Assembly (NCBI GenBank): GCA_030704615.1
Contig: CM060733.1
Location: forward strand, 40,920,001-40,984,000
Source: Takakia lepidozioides
Taxonomy: Eukaryota > Plantae > Bryophyta
Direction: 5' to 3'
DNA length: 64,000 nt
Shown: in pieces, positions 38,039 through 51,359 of the stretch
Position numbering within the stretch: the first letter of the stretch is position 1
Layout: every line of letters starts with the position of its first letter
Translations under genes and position numbers: made by a program
The notes under the pieces: model-generated
Databases searched by the model: none
Told to the model about the DNA's origin: nothing
The model's input: the letters and a program-made list of their open reading frames with translations, nothing else

Positions 38039-40869
38039 TACCCTGAAGCAAAAGCTGCCGCCAAAAGTATGGGTGGCAATTCCCACCATAGCTCATCCCA
38101 TCTCTCCAGCAACCTCATCAGATACTTGTCAATCTCCACTCTTGTCTCACCCGAAACTGGCCAACACTCCTTGCCCTCCAGACGCTCACCATTACCTTGC
38201 CAAAAGTCGTGGGGCATATAAGATTGTCCTTGAGAGACAGCTGGATATGCAACCGCCGGCTGGCGTGAAGAGGCCATAATCTTCATTGGCAATCCCTTCC
38301 AATAAGGTGAACCCAAACCTAGGCAGCAAAGCTCCTGAATCAAACCAGTGAGATATTTTCTTCTTCAGACTCAATCTCATTTAGAGAGACAAAGACAATG
38401 AGATTGTCACTAGTCATGTCAAGGCAGAACCTCCCATTTGGATATCACAAGATCAGATGGGACAAACTTCAATCCCAGTAGTAAAGATCAAGGCAGAATT
38501 AGACTGCAGATGAAGAAGACGACTTCATCCTACTTTCCAGGGTTCAGCCAAAGCCTGTTGTCAGCTAACCCAGCTTTGAAAAGATACTCACACCAATTTC
38601 AGCTGCAGTGCTTGATTCTGACTTCACGGCAACTCTTACAGGAAGAGCTTGTAAGGAGTTCAAAACTTCCGACCAACTTTGCTTGCTTCCTCTGAATATC
38701 AAACTAGTGCCTGCCACTTTGTATGCAGTAGTTGCAGATGTCATGTATGACAAAGCATTTCTTGCCCATGCACGAAACATCCAACGTTTTATTTTTGAGC
38801 TCAACGTGCTGTTATCAGAGATAGGGCCATCTGTGTCTCTGCAACCAACAATGCAACTTACATTGCAGAATGCTATCTCACTCCCTCTCTCTCTCTTTCC
38901 CTCTCTCCTCCTAGGATGGTCAATCCTATGTCACAAGAGGACAACAATGACAGTGGCGGTGACAAATGCTTTGCCAACATGGAGCTGAGTCTCAGACACT
39001 GGCAGGTGCTTTATCATTGACTCCAAAAGGGTTGAAACCTGCAGGCAACTAAGAGTATCTCAGGACTTCAGTAGGGCCCTGCCCTGTACAACTCCAGACT
39101 CGGCATGCTTGGTTCGCTCTCAAAGCATATAATTAGTTTACCTTGAATTTAAAACAGCATCAGTTTCCCAAAAGGGGGTCGTATGATCCACCTCTTCTTG
39201 CTGGGATAGGAGTATCTGACAAGCGACTTCAACAGATTTGTGCAGTGGGCGTACATGAGTGAGGGCCATTTGTCGTTCAGACACTTCTTCCATCACCATA
39301 GCCCAAAGATCTCCTAGTATACAGAACAAACAGATCTGAGGTAGGATAATGCACTCATAACTGTAATCCATCGTCAATAAAAAGATGTGTACTTGCTACT
39401 GGAGACCCTGGTTCAGTCATGATCTCAACATGGCTCAATAGCCATCTCCCAGCCACTGAGTCCAATTTGCAAGTGAGATCTTTACACTAGCTACATGAAT
39501 GCGACATTATGGGGTGAGTGAAACAACCACCATGCACAAGGTGGTATAGACATCATGCTGGAAAACACATTCTTTGAGCATTGCTACTGTACATGGCAAT
39601 CCACTGGATATTGACACTGCAAGTTGCACATTGCTAGAGAAGGACAAAAAATGAGTGAGAGGGGTGTATTCTTTGACTATGTAAAACTTGAAAACATTGG
39701 CTATGCCGTACTACCATGGGACAGTTTCCGTAAGATAGTACCCCTTCCAAAGGGAAGAGGTTTCAGCCCACCAGTGTATTCAAGACAGAGACAAGGACAG
39801 ACACAGAGACAGAGACATCAGAGGGAAGGATTTCCCTGACCTCCACCACCAGCAACGGCTTTAACAACAGATGTAAGCATGGAGGCAAAGTGAGCTGAAT
39901 CTACTCCCACAGCATGAATCAACGTTTGCAAGAGTAACCTCCTTGCATTGCCTATATTAGCCGATGACAGCAGTGTTAAGCCCTGAAGGATTGAAAAAGG
40001 AAGTAGTCAAGTTTCATGTCAAGAAAATCTCCTAACCAATGCTATTCTTGGCGACTTGGAGCAAAGGAAACATGGATTAGAGAGAGATGCACCCTAAGTT
40101 TTGATGCTATCAGATAACACAGACTGTGGACTGGACTGGCTGTATCAACCTTGATTCCAGCACTGCTAATGCAACGGACATGTCTAGGAGTAAGAGAGAC
40201 AATGAAACCAAGAGAGAACAAACCGGAGGCACACGTCCGACGGAGGCTATGAGATCATTGAGGGCGGCATCAAGTGCTGCCTTTGATGCAGCACCCACCT
40301 CGGATGAAGGAAGCTGCGCCCATGCCTACAACCATCGCTTTGAATAACAACTTCAGCTTACCGCACATGCTCTTGACGATCATCAACTTCGTTACAAATA
40401 CAGGCAACTCTACAAACTGAACCAGTTGGCTGATATCTACTTGAAAGATACCGGTTATGATGTTGAATCGGTTGAATTTGATCCTCTGAACACAATACAT
40501 TGTAAATCCAGGCAGACAAACGTAAGAAAATGGACTCCGACTACCGTTAAGGCTTTCATGTACATGGTACAACAGACATCCGAATAGCTAAACCCCCAAC
40601 TGAAGCAAAGCCAAAGCTGATGCTCCACCAGTTCAAAAGGGCGGTCCAGTTCAGCATGTCGCTCAAATCGTTCAAATCACTAGACTCAATCTCACCTCTT
40701 CCAGAAGACGACCCCAACCAAGAGCTTTGCGCACATTATCGGCCGACCAGTAAATCGGCCGTCCTGTGCTCTGCAAACCTGAAGCCAAATAAAGCGTCTC
40801 CATGAAAGCACTTGAGTGTTTTACCATATCCTCCAAGGCGAGACATGGATGCACCCAGCCGCCAACCAT
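38039..40869 (-). pseudogene. FANCF: FANCF-like gene (copy 2); 5' exons read in frame, last exons disconnected
   Basis: Exons 40869-40696 (GWVHPCLALEDM..LASGLQSTG..WSADNVRKALGWG), 40325-40224, 39982-39841 (GLTLLSSANIGNAR), ~38840-38592 (W..NALSY..VAGTSLIF..W) and ~38334-38039 (ELCCLG..LWWELPPILLAAA) match recalled plant FANCF motifs. Confidence 0.75.
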
Positions 40870-41211
40870 CTCTCTCTCTCTCTCTCTCTCTCTCACAGAA
40901 ATTCAGCGTCTCAGAGTGAATTGTCTTCTTTGATTTCTGAAGTCCCAGCGGCCCCGTAGACCTCTTTTCTTGTCCCTTTGAGAATTATCCTCCTTCACAA
41001 CTTCTTTCTGGAAATAGAACAATTGCCTGAGGCAGCTCTGCCAAATCCACCCCGAGCACTCCAACCATTGCTGCCCTTCGTCGACACTACACTCACTTTT
41101 GCGCGGGAAGAAGATGAGAGACCTCTTGAAAACTAATACTAAACATGTCTTGGACGTAAACACTAAAAACCTGACCCAATTTTTCCTTTGCTTTTGGAGA
41201 TATGTCCCCGA

Positions 41212-42121
41212 CCAGAACTTCCCAACTGTTTGTTTCTGGAGGTACCTTACAGAGCTTCCATGGCTTATCGGGTAGGTTTTGCAGGTGGATTACATGGCGC
41301 CATTAGGCTGCCTAGGGTCACTGCCGATGAGGTTTGAGGTTTGTGCGTTCAACATGCAAGGTGCTGCGTCAGGTTTCACTTTTCGGGGAAGGTCGTCCAT
41401 GGGGCATTGCACTCCTCTCAGGTATGGGCACTCGGGCACACACACTAATGCATTACAGTCCTCGGAGCTGTCAAGTGAGTGGCACCAGAAGGATTCTGTT
41501 GGGGGGAGAGGGGATTTTCAACCCCCATATAGGCCTCAGATGTGTCACATAGTCGTCTGGAACCAGTTTAATCCATGCCTTGTTGGAGTCTATCACAAGA
41601 CAAGGGCGAGAAAGTGGGGATGCCGACAAGGTCATTCCAGATAGTGCCCAGATAAATCAAGATCTCCAGAGATGCTACAATATGGCGCTTAATTATTGTT
41701 GGTCTACTTGGAAAGAGGATGCACATACACTGACCTCAGGTGTCACACAGCTGAAGGTTTTACGGTAAGGTGATGCCGAGTCATATCTGTTCTGCTCACA
41801 TTCAGCCCACGCCTGAATGCTGATGCAGTCCTATCCACCACGTAGTTCAAAGTCAAACCCATAGTTTTTCCTCTATGAAACCATTGGCATAAGTTACAAG
41901 CTGTCACAAAGACTGCAAGCCAAAAGTTGAAGTAGAGAAAAACCAGTGAAATACCACTTGGGAATATCTGGTGACCATTATTACCTATGTAACTTCTCCA
42001 GACAAGCTCCAACCATAGCTTGTTATGTTAGTCACAGACTTTCTACCATGACTGTTGGCTTCAGGCCTTTGTTTGGCCGAAGCTGCGGTGGTACATAAAA
42101 TGCAACGCATGGGTGCTGCAC
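41212..42121 (-). repeat. Inverted duplicate of 6435-7430 (VPS41 3' end/UTR and FANCF last exon)
   Basis: Colinear reverse-complement match with scattered substitutions and a ~90 bp deletion; 37708-37938 likewise mirrors 7951-8183. Confidence 0.9.
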
Positions 42122-42360
42122 AGCTCCTAGTGACTATCACTATCTCAAATCATATCATTGTGTTGCAGATTATGCGTACTCTACAAGAGCTATGAGAGCA
42201 AAAACTTGCATCGAAACTTGCCCCAGAGTTCTTCAAGAACAAATATCTATCAATGGCCTAAGTTTTGCAAAGCTACATTGCAACTTATTGTTGGACAATG
42301 GCTATAGTTTGAGGATGCCAAGCCCATTATGCTCTAGAATCTACTCCCAGAATCAATTTT

Positions 42361-42765
42361 TCGTGACGTCCCTAGGACCCCGGGGAATCGCAACGCCGCA
42401 ACCCCAGCGATGCATTTGTGACGGCCGGGCGCTCCTGCGACGGCGGGGAATCGCAATAATAAATAAATAAAAATAAATAAATAAAACTTTTTTTAAAAAA
42501 AATTATTTTTATTGCGATTCCCCGCCGTCGCAGGAGCGCCCGGCCGTCACTGCGACGTCTCGTTGCGATTCCCCGGTGTCGCAGCATCCCGGGGGCGTCG
42601 CAGCAAATTGTTGCGACGCCAAGCCCCCGGTGCGTTGGCGGGGGAATGGGGTCAGGCCCCTTTCCGGCGACGGCATGACATCGCAAGATGCCACAACGTC
42701 GTCCGAGCGTCGGCGTTACGACGCCCCGACGTCGCATATGAGATGATTGGGGGATTTCTTGTGTG
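42361..42765. mobile_element. Truncated CACTA-like end with a GC-rich palindrome
   Basis: GCGACG/CGTCGC subterminal motifs like those at 51145-52291; perfect ~42-bp inverted repeat 42418-42459/42509-42550; ends GATTTCTTGTGTG. Confidence 0.55.
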
Positions 42766-45585
42766 ACACAATGCGGGTTCGAAGTGGCATGAAGGCAGCT
42801 GAATAGTAAGTGACCTGTCTGTGGATTGACCAGTTTATAGAGGTAGTCATGAGTTTTTCTGCCAAGAGTATTGGAAGCCAAAGGAAATCAGAATTGTGGC
42901 CAATTAAGGCAAGGACATTCGGTAGTCTGTTCTGTAAAGACACATTCGAGGTATGAGCATGCAAGGAGTGGGAGCAGAGATTAAGGAGGATTTTGAGTCT
43001 GGCAGAGAACAAGTAGTAGCAGTGGGATAGAGTTTTATGGGACTTCACAATTGGGCAAAAAAAAAAAGTGGAGCGTGTGCACCTGGGGGGCATGGCAGTA
43101 GCTCCAATGTGGGTGTAATGGTGATGTTGGCTGCCGGTATGACTCCCCGTTGTTGGAGAACAAGTTCTGCGGAGATCTAACAGTAGGGTTGATTGAGACT
43201 GAAATTGCCATTGGGTGATCTTTAATGTATCTGTGGTTCGTCCAGCAGATAGAGACAGTCGCGGATTGAGAGATGAAGACATGGCTCTAGCGGGAGGCCG
43301 AGCCATGGCGTGGTAGACAGACCTTCACATATGTAGCTTCCGCTTGAATTGTGTTGTAAGGAGCACACATAATCCGCACATGCAAGATGACAGGAGCAAT
43401 CGCCCTGCTGCTGTACATGAATAAACTCAGAACCTCCAAGGTATTGCAGACCGCGAATAAGACTTTCTCTGCTAGAGATTGATAGGAGGAGAAAGGTCAT
43501 GCTGCGGGCCAATTGTACGCGTGACTCAAAGTAGCGTGCAGGTTTGTGTGAATTGCTTCGGATACTGTTCAAGCGTATAATTTGTTGGCCTTGCCCCCAG
43601 CCTGGCGAGCGGGCTTGGAGCAGAGGTGGGGACCCTAGGTTTGCAAACATTTTTGGGTATCCTAGATTGAACCAAAACAACCAGCAATGAAGCAGCGATG
43701 GACACCTGTAAGGCTGGAAGTGTAGTTTGAGGTACGTTTCTGCGGTAATGCAGTCTCAAAGTTGTGGTGTCTACCAAAGATAAATACTAAGCGAGAAACG
43801 GGAGAAACTTAATCTGAGGCTGGCCCCCTTCACTTCAATGGCACCTCCAGACTCCCGGAGCGGGCTGACGTAACTTCAAACCATCCAACAATTTACGTCT
43901 GATTGAGGAGCTGGATGCCTGAATCCTGACCTGAATCCACTATAGGCAGATTCCTTCCACGGAATACTCACAACACTGATAAGCACATGCTAAACACAAC
44001 TTTGCAAAGGTATCTGGGTCCAATTATGTATACCATAGTTCAATGCCTGTATTCGATGCATTGCACTGAGATGCCTTATGTTGCAGCTGTTTAAGAACTA
44101 CCGTATATTTTCCTTTCAAATGAACAAAGTTCCGAGGGCGGGGGGGGGGTGCTTAACCAACCGGAAAGAAAACAAAGAGTTGCTTTTCTTAGTTTCAATC
44201 AGCTGGGGGCACGGGTATCTGATAGTGAAAATATGCACACAGCAACATCTTTGAATCGAAAAGAATCTCCAAGAAAAAAAGGTAAAGATTCTTGTACCAA
44301 TATGGGAAATCTGTCTGATTCAGGATGGCGGAAGAATGGGAAATGAGGGAGTTGTGGAGTCTTCTAGCTATGTCCACGCGGTCGGCTAGTTTAGGGTTCT
44401 CAGATGGCCGTATATGAGGAGTTCTAGGTCAACTCAGGGCATACTTAAGGGTCCTACTTGGAGTTGTATATGGTCAGATTTTGCACAGATCGTCATCCCT
44501 CCAAAGGAAAGTTATGGGTCCTTCCATAAGTAGATGTGCCCAATCCCGCGTTGGGAGACCGTTACTTTTGGGCCCGCACATGGCCTAGTTTTGTTAATTT
44601 ATGGGACAGTTGTAGGTGCACATCTTGTGCACTCAGGGCAACTTAAAGCACATATCAAGGAGGATTATATGGCATTATAGGATGGACCTACTGAGCAGTA
44701 GTGGTTAACTATAAGCTGTACTGTACACCTTCAATAAATCAGAATCCCGATCAATTGAGAACCAATCCCAATCAATCAAATGAATCGCGAACCTGATTGC
44801 TGATTCACCAAAAACCTCTTTTGAGATCCATCTCGCTCTCAACTTTCAGGCCAATAATAAGGGCATTTCGAGCATCCAGATCCCATTTAGATGGCAGATT
44901 GCAGTTACATATAGGTAAGGTTTAAGGTTTAAGTTCTCTTGCAAGACTGTAGGGTATGTGTCCTGAAACCAAAACTATGGTTGCGATGGAAATGATGCAT
45001 GCTTCAAGAAGCTGAGCAGTGATCAATCTTACAATAGTGCTAGATTTCAGTGCGTATCGGCACCGGCCTTAGAACGAATCATCCTTTCCGGTGATCTACA
45101 TCTCTAGGGATCTGGCCCGCTGCAACGAATTCAAGTTTTCTGGTTTATTGGTTGAACCACAAATCACAATGTGCTCCGATGGGCCAAGCCTCGGTTGCAA
45201 AGCAAGTCTCGCATCTCCTCTACAGGAATGAACTAACACTCCGATATGTCTAACCAGCCATCATCCCCCTTCCAAGAACTAGAAATCCTGTAAGTTGTGC
45301 TTGTTTGCTGTGGTAGAATTCGCTCTGCTCAAAATGCTAAACTTCCTCACATCTAATCTGGATTGCCACCAGCATACTTGAACATAGGGTCTTGCTTAAT
45401 CTCACATTGTCTAGACACAATGCCAAAAACATTGATGCTGCAACTGCACAAAACCTATCATGCAAATGCAGATGGCTGAAAGCAGTTTTATCTTTTTAGA
45501 AATCATCTGTAGAATAGAAACGCATGATGCAAAACACAAAAGAAGCCACGCAACATACTTTTCGTCACTTGTGGTGATGGCATCC

Positions 45586-46935
45586 TCATTGCAATAACCT
45601 CCACCCCCACGAGTCCACAGTATTTGGGCGCTGTGCCAGCAAGTTCCTCAAACTCAGCTTCATGGTCTTTGCATCATACACTTGGAAATCATCAGCATCC
45701 TCTGAGGTTTGCACCCAAGGATATGGAGGTAAGACATCCACTACCCCGGTCGATATGTAATACCTCCTTATCTGGCCTGTATACATGCTCACTAGTACGA
45801 TGGAGTTGCACACCCCATTGAAGTCAACACAAGGAAATCCACGTGCAGCATAGATGTAGATGTCAGGATCAGGGCTCCCAAAAATTTGTTGAAGCTGAGC
45901 TTGAGTAAGTTGGAGCACTGGCTTTCTACCATTCTCAGCAATCAGAACCTCATACACTTCAAACAATGTCTCTGGGTAGTTCTGGTTGGTCTGGAACAAT
46001 GACTCCGAGTTGGGACAATGGAGCTCGGAAGGAAGAGGAATTATTCTGCAACTGGGATGCTCTAACCACAGAATCATATACAAGCGATTGTTGCTCACAA
46101 CAAGTTCTTGATTTTCAACATCCCTGGTAAATCTCATTCGCCAAACTTCCGCCCATGTACCTTCCTGAGGTTTGTAGCTAAGAATCCCAACCTGATCAAA
46201 TTCGAAGTCATGATTGGAGTGGTTGCTTACAAACACCGTCTGATGCAAGACAACGGCTGACGATGCCCACAGCCCCTCAACCCCGTTCGGCAGATTTCTC
46301 TGTCCCCGCCATTCATTAGTGAAAGATTCATGTATGTACACCCTAGGTAGAGAAACTACTCTTGGAGTTTCACAAAGGTTGTTTAAGAGGACAACCTTGT
46401 AGCTACGAGTGGCATTATCCACAACGGTAACTAAATGAGGCTTAGCACCACGAGTAGCGTAGAATTCAGGTGGGCCTGGCAGCATCCTCCTCGTCTTCGC
46501 AACTGGGTCGGAGAGAGTAAAAGCAAAATTGTTGTCCGTGCCTCGTAATGAAGTCAGTTCGCAAACAAGGCCGTCGTCCATAGCCATGAACCGAGTCTCA
46601 ACCGCATTGCCACAAGCACAAACCCTAGGAAGCTTAATAGTCTCGATAGAATACCATCGACGTGTATCCAGGTCAAGAAAGCTCATCGTCGATACGAAAC
46701 TATGCTCAATACCGCGAATCGTCCTGATCCACATGAACAAGTACACATTGTTTTTCCCGTTTAGGTCACAGAGGTCGTGAAAACTTGGCCTGCCAATGAG
46801 CTCCTTCCATGTCTTGCAGACTGACCGCATTCTGCACAAAACGGGCACAGGCAAGAAGGACAGCACGCGCTCGATGATCTCAACCGGGAGCTTGCCACAG
46901 ATGCCTCTCTCTGAATCCATGGTGTCCTGTGGCAT
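45586..46935 (-). CDS. F-box protein with a putative beta-propeller/FBA-like C-terminus
   Basis: Uninterrupted ~449 aa ORF with LPVEIIERVLSFLPVPVLCRMRSVCKTWKELI, MAMDDGLVC and SYKVV. Confidence 0.9.
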   Translation of the reverse strand: MPQDTMDSERGICGKLPVEIIERVLSFLPVPVLCRMRSVCKTWKELIGRPSFHDLCDLNGKNNVYLFMWIRTIRGIEHSFVSTMSFLDLDTRRWYSIETIKLPRVCACGNAVETRFMAMDDGLVCELTSLRGTDNNFAFTLSDPVAKTRRMLPGPPEFYATRGAKPHLVTVVDNATRSYKVVLLNNLCETPRVVSLPRVYIHESFTNEWRGQRNLPNGVEGLWASSAVVLHQTVFVSNHSNHDFEFDQVGILSYKPQEGTWAEVWRMRFTRDVENQELVVSNNRLYMILWLEHPSCRIIPLPSELHCPNSESLFQTNQNYPETLFEVYEVLIAENGRKPVLQLTQAQLQQIFGSPDPDIYIYAARGFPCVDFNGVCNSIVLVSMYTGQIRRYYISTGVVDVLPPYPWVQTSEDADDFQVYDAKTMKLSLRNLLAQRPNTVDSWGWRLLQ

Positions 46936-47794
46936 TTCAGAACACAAGCAAAATAGCGTGAAATCAAAACAACACTTCTACAGGTGCCCAACAATTCAAT
47001 ATGTAGTACAGTAGTTGATGCAAGTAAAATCGATGCACAGGAAAGTATCAACAAGAGGCGATGCGCTATCTTATTAGAAGCATGCAGCTGGAACTCTAGA
47101 CGTAATAAGAAAGTGATTGCAAACCTACACACTTGTACTACCGAAGCAAAAGCCATGTATGTACACTTGTGCATGTAACCTTCGCATTGAACCCCTCAGG
47201 TTTCGGTCTTCGACTTTCACAATCATGTGGCATACTATCCATTTCAGTACCGTGACCTGACTTGGCTCTTCTCTATGGAAGAATAGTTTATTGACGAGGC
47301 TAAGACAGAACATGTTCTGAGGACGTGTGTGATTGTGGATCCAATCACAACTGCACGAGGACTGTGGGCCATAACCCCAGCTCAACTTATGTTATCATGG
47401 TATTGCCAATTTTGTGACACTGCAGTCATCGTGTGGGCAGAGCTACACGCTCTGCTCATTTCAAGCGAAGCATTTCATAGGCGAGGCATTTGATGTCTGG
47501 CAGTTTGCAGATGGTAGCAAGGCACATTGAATAATTTGAATGTGCATTGTGGACTTGTGCAGCGTCACGACTTCTTGACTGCTGCAACTATCAACGATCC
47601 CTATATTATTCAAGAACTAAAAATTATAAGACAGGCCAATACGCCAGTACCTCATTCTAACCTTTCCTAGAAGTTCCAACCGTGTACAGGAACTTATCAC
47701 TTCCATTAAACTGGAATAACTAATCACATGGAACCTGACTTCTGCATCCAGAATCTCTGCCACATGAGGATTCCAGCTCCAACTCTTTAAATGC

Positions 47795-48345
47795 CTAACC
47801 CATCAGCACTCCAATCGCTGCAACTGTATTTATTCCTGCTGCCAGCACCTGCTTGCTCCCATAGTGGTGCTTAATGTTGGTTTTGCACAAGTATGCAAAT
47901 GTTTCGCAGTTGTTCTTACCAAGTGAATATTCCCCCAAGCTGTCTTCTCTGAGTAACTCCCTGGCGCACTTCACGACCGTCTCCCCATCTTCGCATTTTT
48001 CGGTGGTGCCTCCGAGGTTGATGGCCGACGCAGGGGACAAGTGTTTGCCGTATTGGATCGAAGCGGTAGAGGGACAAAGGACTCGATCGAGGCAGCACAT
48101 GCCAACTCCTGGTCTAGCATGCGTGGTGGTGTCCCCGTGATGATCGCACACATCCTTGTTGCCTGGGCCCTGTGTGAGATGAAACGTGGGAGAAGTGGAT
48201 CAACAGGGTGGTTGGCGTGGTAGATGGTGGTGGTAGCACGGCGTGGTGCTGCGGTCACTGCCCATGTGTTGCCCTCCATGCAGCTCCTCTGTCGTCACCT
48301 TGTTCGGGCTACGTTTGAATAGTTGCAGTGGAGGGCGGGAAAGCG
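47795..48345 (-). pseudogene. LRAT/NC-domain (NlpC/P60 fold) gene, degraded
   Basis: GVGMCCLD..VVKCARELL..GEYSLGKNNCETFAYLCKT; the N-terminal PNKVTTEELHGG.H..YHH is out of frame. Confidence 0.75.
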
Positions 48346-49039
48346 CGAATGTGCTTGAATCGCGTAAAGCCCTCGTTGCAGGACTTTACCTTATACGTAA
48401 AGAACTTCCACATTTTTCCTCCAAGGAAACCGGTGACCTTAAACCTGTGAATCTACACGCCAAGCTGGCCAGTGCGTTACATAATCGTAAAGCCCTATGA
48501 GATTTTTTCCTATAGGTTTATGGGGCGGGTTGTACAGAATCGGGGCTATTAGGGCGTCACACTTGAGCTCCCCGGTGAGCGGGATCTTACACGTAAGATC
48601 CCTGCAACGCAGGAAAAAACGTGTAAGGCTCATCCAGCCTTGGATCTACGGCATACGCAGGGTTCCGTCGGGCTTTACGCAGGGTGATGCATTATCCCGC
48701 GGGGCTTCTAATAAGTACCTCGGCCCTGGAATGGGCTCCGCCCTCGTATTACAGGCCTCAGTACTGGAAGTCCCTCGGGATAATGCCTCACCCTATACCT
48801 GTAATCTACCCGCCAGGCTGGCCAGTGCATTACAGCGTCCCCTCTGCATTCCCTACACTTGTATTGCACACTTGTATTGCAGGGATATTTACTCTTTGTC
48901 AAAAGGACATCTAGTCGATGACAGGTAGGTAAACCCGGTGAATTTTATGCTTCATCGTTGTTGCTGCATGACAGCGCATGCAATTTTGGCTTACCTTCCA
49001 TTGAACACCTCAGTGTGAGTTGTAAAATTAGAATTAGCA

Positions 49040-50835
49040 CTATGGACAATCAATCTATGAATCGAGACGTTTGTTTTGTTTTGTTTTATTTTATTTTGTC
49101 ACGTTGAGATGTCCCGTGGGTGCTTGGTACCGTTGGAAAGCCCTTGACGAGGAGGGGTGCACGGGCTTGGTCTCACGATTTTTGGACCTGCGGTGTGGGA
49201 GATGTGGAATTCCAAGTACTTTTGGTTGCTGGAAATTCACAAAAAATAGCAAAAATGGCAAAGTGGGCATTCATGGGACAATGGTTGGAGCCTCGACGGG
49301 AGAGATATCAAGGGAAAGGTCTCCGGTTCAAATCTGGTTGTAGGCTCTCTGAAAAAAAAAAAAAAAAAAAAAAAAAATCAGTTATGGGATTGCACTTGGA
49401 CTTAGATGACGCTGGACATTTGGGCCCTACATGGGAGATGCACTTGGATACATGAATAGAAGATTGCACTAGATTTCAATTCTTCACACATGGGCCAACG
49501 GCATAGGCTACACTAGAGGTTGCACATGGGCCTCGACATAGGAGACCCACTTGGATACATAAGAATTGCACTTGGGCTTCGATTTCAATTCTTGCCAATG
49601 GCGCAGGCTACCCTAGGGCTAGATCTCCCAAACATAAGGGTCTCTAAATACATAAGGGGATTGCACTTGGACTTAGATGACACTGGACACTTGGGCCAAC
49701 GGCACAGGCTACCCTAGTCAATCTATGAATTTAAACGTTTGTTTTGTTTTGTTTTGTTTTGTCACATTGAGATGTCCCAAACCACAAGCCCAGCATGGGT
49801 GCTTGGTACCGTTGGAAAGCCCTCGACGAGGAGGGGTGCAGAGGCTTGGTCTCATGATTTTTGGACCTGTGATGTGGGAGATATGGCATTCCAAGTACTT
49901 TTGGTGGCTGGAAATTCACAAAAAATAGCAAAAATGGCAAAGTGGGCATTCTTGGGACAATGGTTAGAGCCTCGAGGGGAGAGATATCAAGGGAAAGGTC
50001 TCCGTTTCAAATCTGGTCGTAGGCTTTGTGGAAAAAAACTTACTTAGATGACATTGGACACTTGGGCCAACGGCAAAGGCTACCCTAGAGGTTGCATTTG
50101 GGCCCCAACATAGGAGACACACTTTGACACATAGGGGATTGCACTCGGACTTAGATGACACTTGGGCCAACACACAGGCTACCCTAGAGACGGGAGATAT
50201 ATCAATATTGATAGGGAATATTACTACTCAATAAATTCATAGAAACAAATTAATCGGGCCTTGATATGGGAGACGTACTTGGATACATAGGAGATTGCAC
50301 ACTAGGCTTAGATGGGCTCGACATGGGAGACGCACATGGGAGATGCCTTTGGATACATAGGAGACATACTTGGGCTTAGATGACACCAGACACTTGGGCC
50401 AATGGCAGAGGCGACCCTAGAGGTCGCACTTGGGCCTCGACATAGGAGACTCACTTGCATACATAGGAGATTGCACTTGGGTGGGAGATTGCACTTGGGT
50501 TCAGATGACAGTTGACACTTGGGCCAATGGCACAGGCTACCCTAGAGACGGGGGATATATCAATAATGATTGAATATATTACTACTCAATAAATTCGTGG
50601 AAAAAAATTAATCGGGCCTTGACATGGGAGACGTACTTGGATACATAAGCGATTGCACACTAGGCTTAGATGGGCCTCGACGTGGGAGACGCACATGGGA
50701 GATGCCCTTGGATACATAGGAGATTGCATTTGGGCTTAGATGACAGCGGGCACTTGCGGCCTCTACATGAAACATGCACTTAGATACAACGAAGATTGCA
50801 CTTGGGCTTAGATGGGCCTCAACACATGAGATGCC
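49040..50835. repeat. Complex satellite-like TE remnant
   Basis: Recurrent ATTGCACTTGGGCTTAGATG / CATGGGAGATGCACTTGGATACATAG units; two ~300 bp copies ~670 bp apart containing GGTACCGTTGGAAAGCCC. Confidence 0.7.
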
Positions 50836-51325
50836 CTTCAAACTTCTTAAATCCTTCAAACTGAAGGCAAAGCAATTTCTATAAGCCCTTAGAAATCGCT
50901 GGATCCTTCGTCTCTCTTCTCCGGTGACTGTAGGTCCAACATTTGGTTCCCAATTGTACTCAGTGACTGCAACCTTGGGTACACCAGGCTTGGAGGTAGG
51001 AGACGCATCATTTGATTGCTAGATAGCAACCTCTTGGGCCTTGTCCGCCCACCCAGACTGTGGCATAGCCTCCACTTGCTCCGCCATAGCCACCTTGACA
51101 ACATCATCAACAAAAGAAACATCCTCAACCTCTTCAAGAGCCTTCACTACAGGAAAAGTGGGGGGTTTTCGACGCCGCGGCGTCGTAAAACAGCCCTTTT
51201 TGGACGGGGAAAAAACCAAATTTGTGACGTCCAGGCGTCTCAAGCCCGTCGCCAAAAAAACGTCGCAAATTTGCGACCAATAGGGGTCGCAAATATGCGA
51301 AACCGCGATTTGCGACGCCCGGGCG

Positions 51326-51359
<34 letters not shown>

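Noticed and set aside
42770-44100. Degenerate LINE or gene
   Set aside because: No motif I could recognise with confidence
49040-50835. CRISPR-like repeat/spacer array
   Set aside because: Eukaryotic context, degenerate units, non-unique spacers and no cas genes
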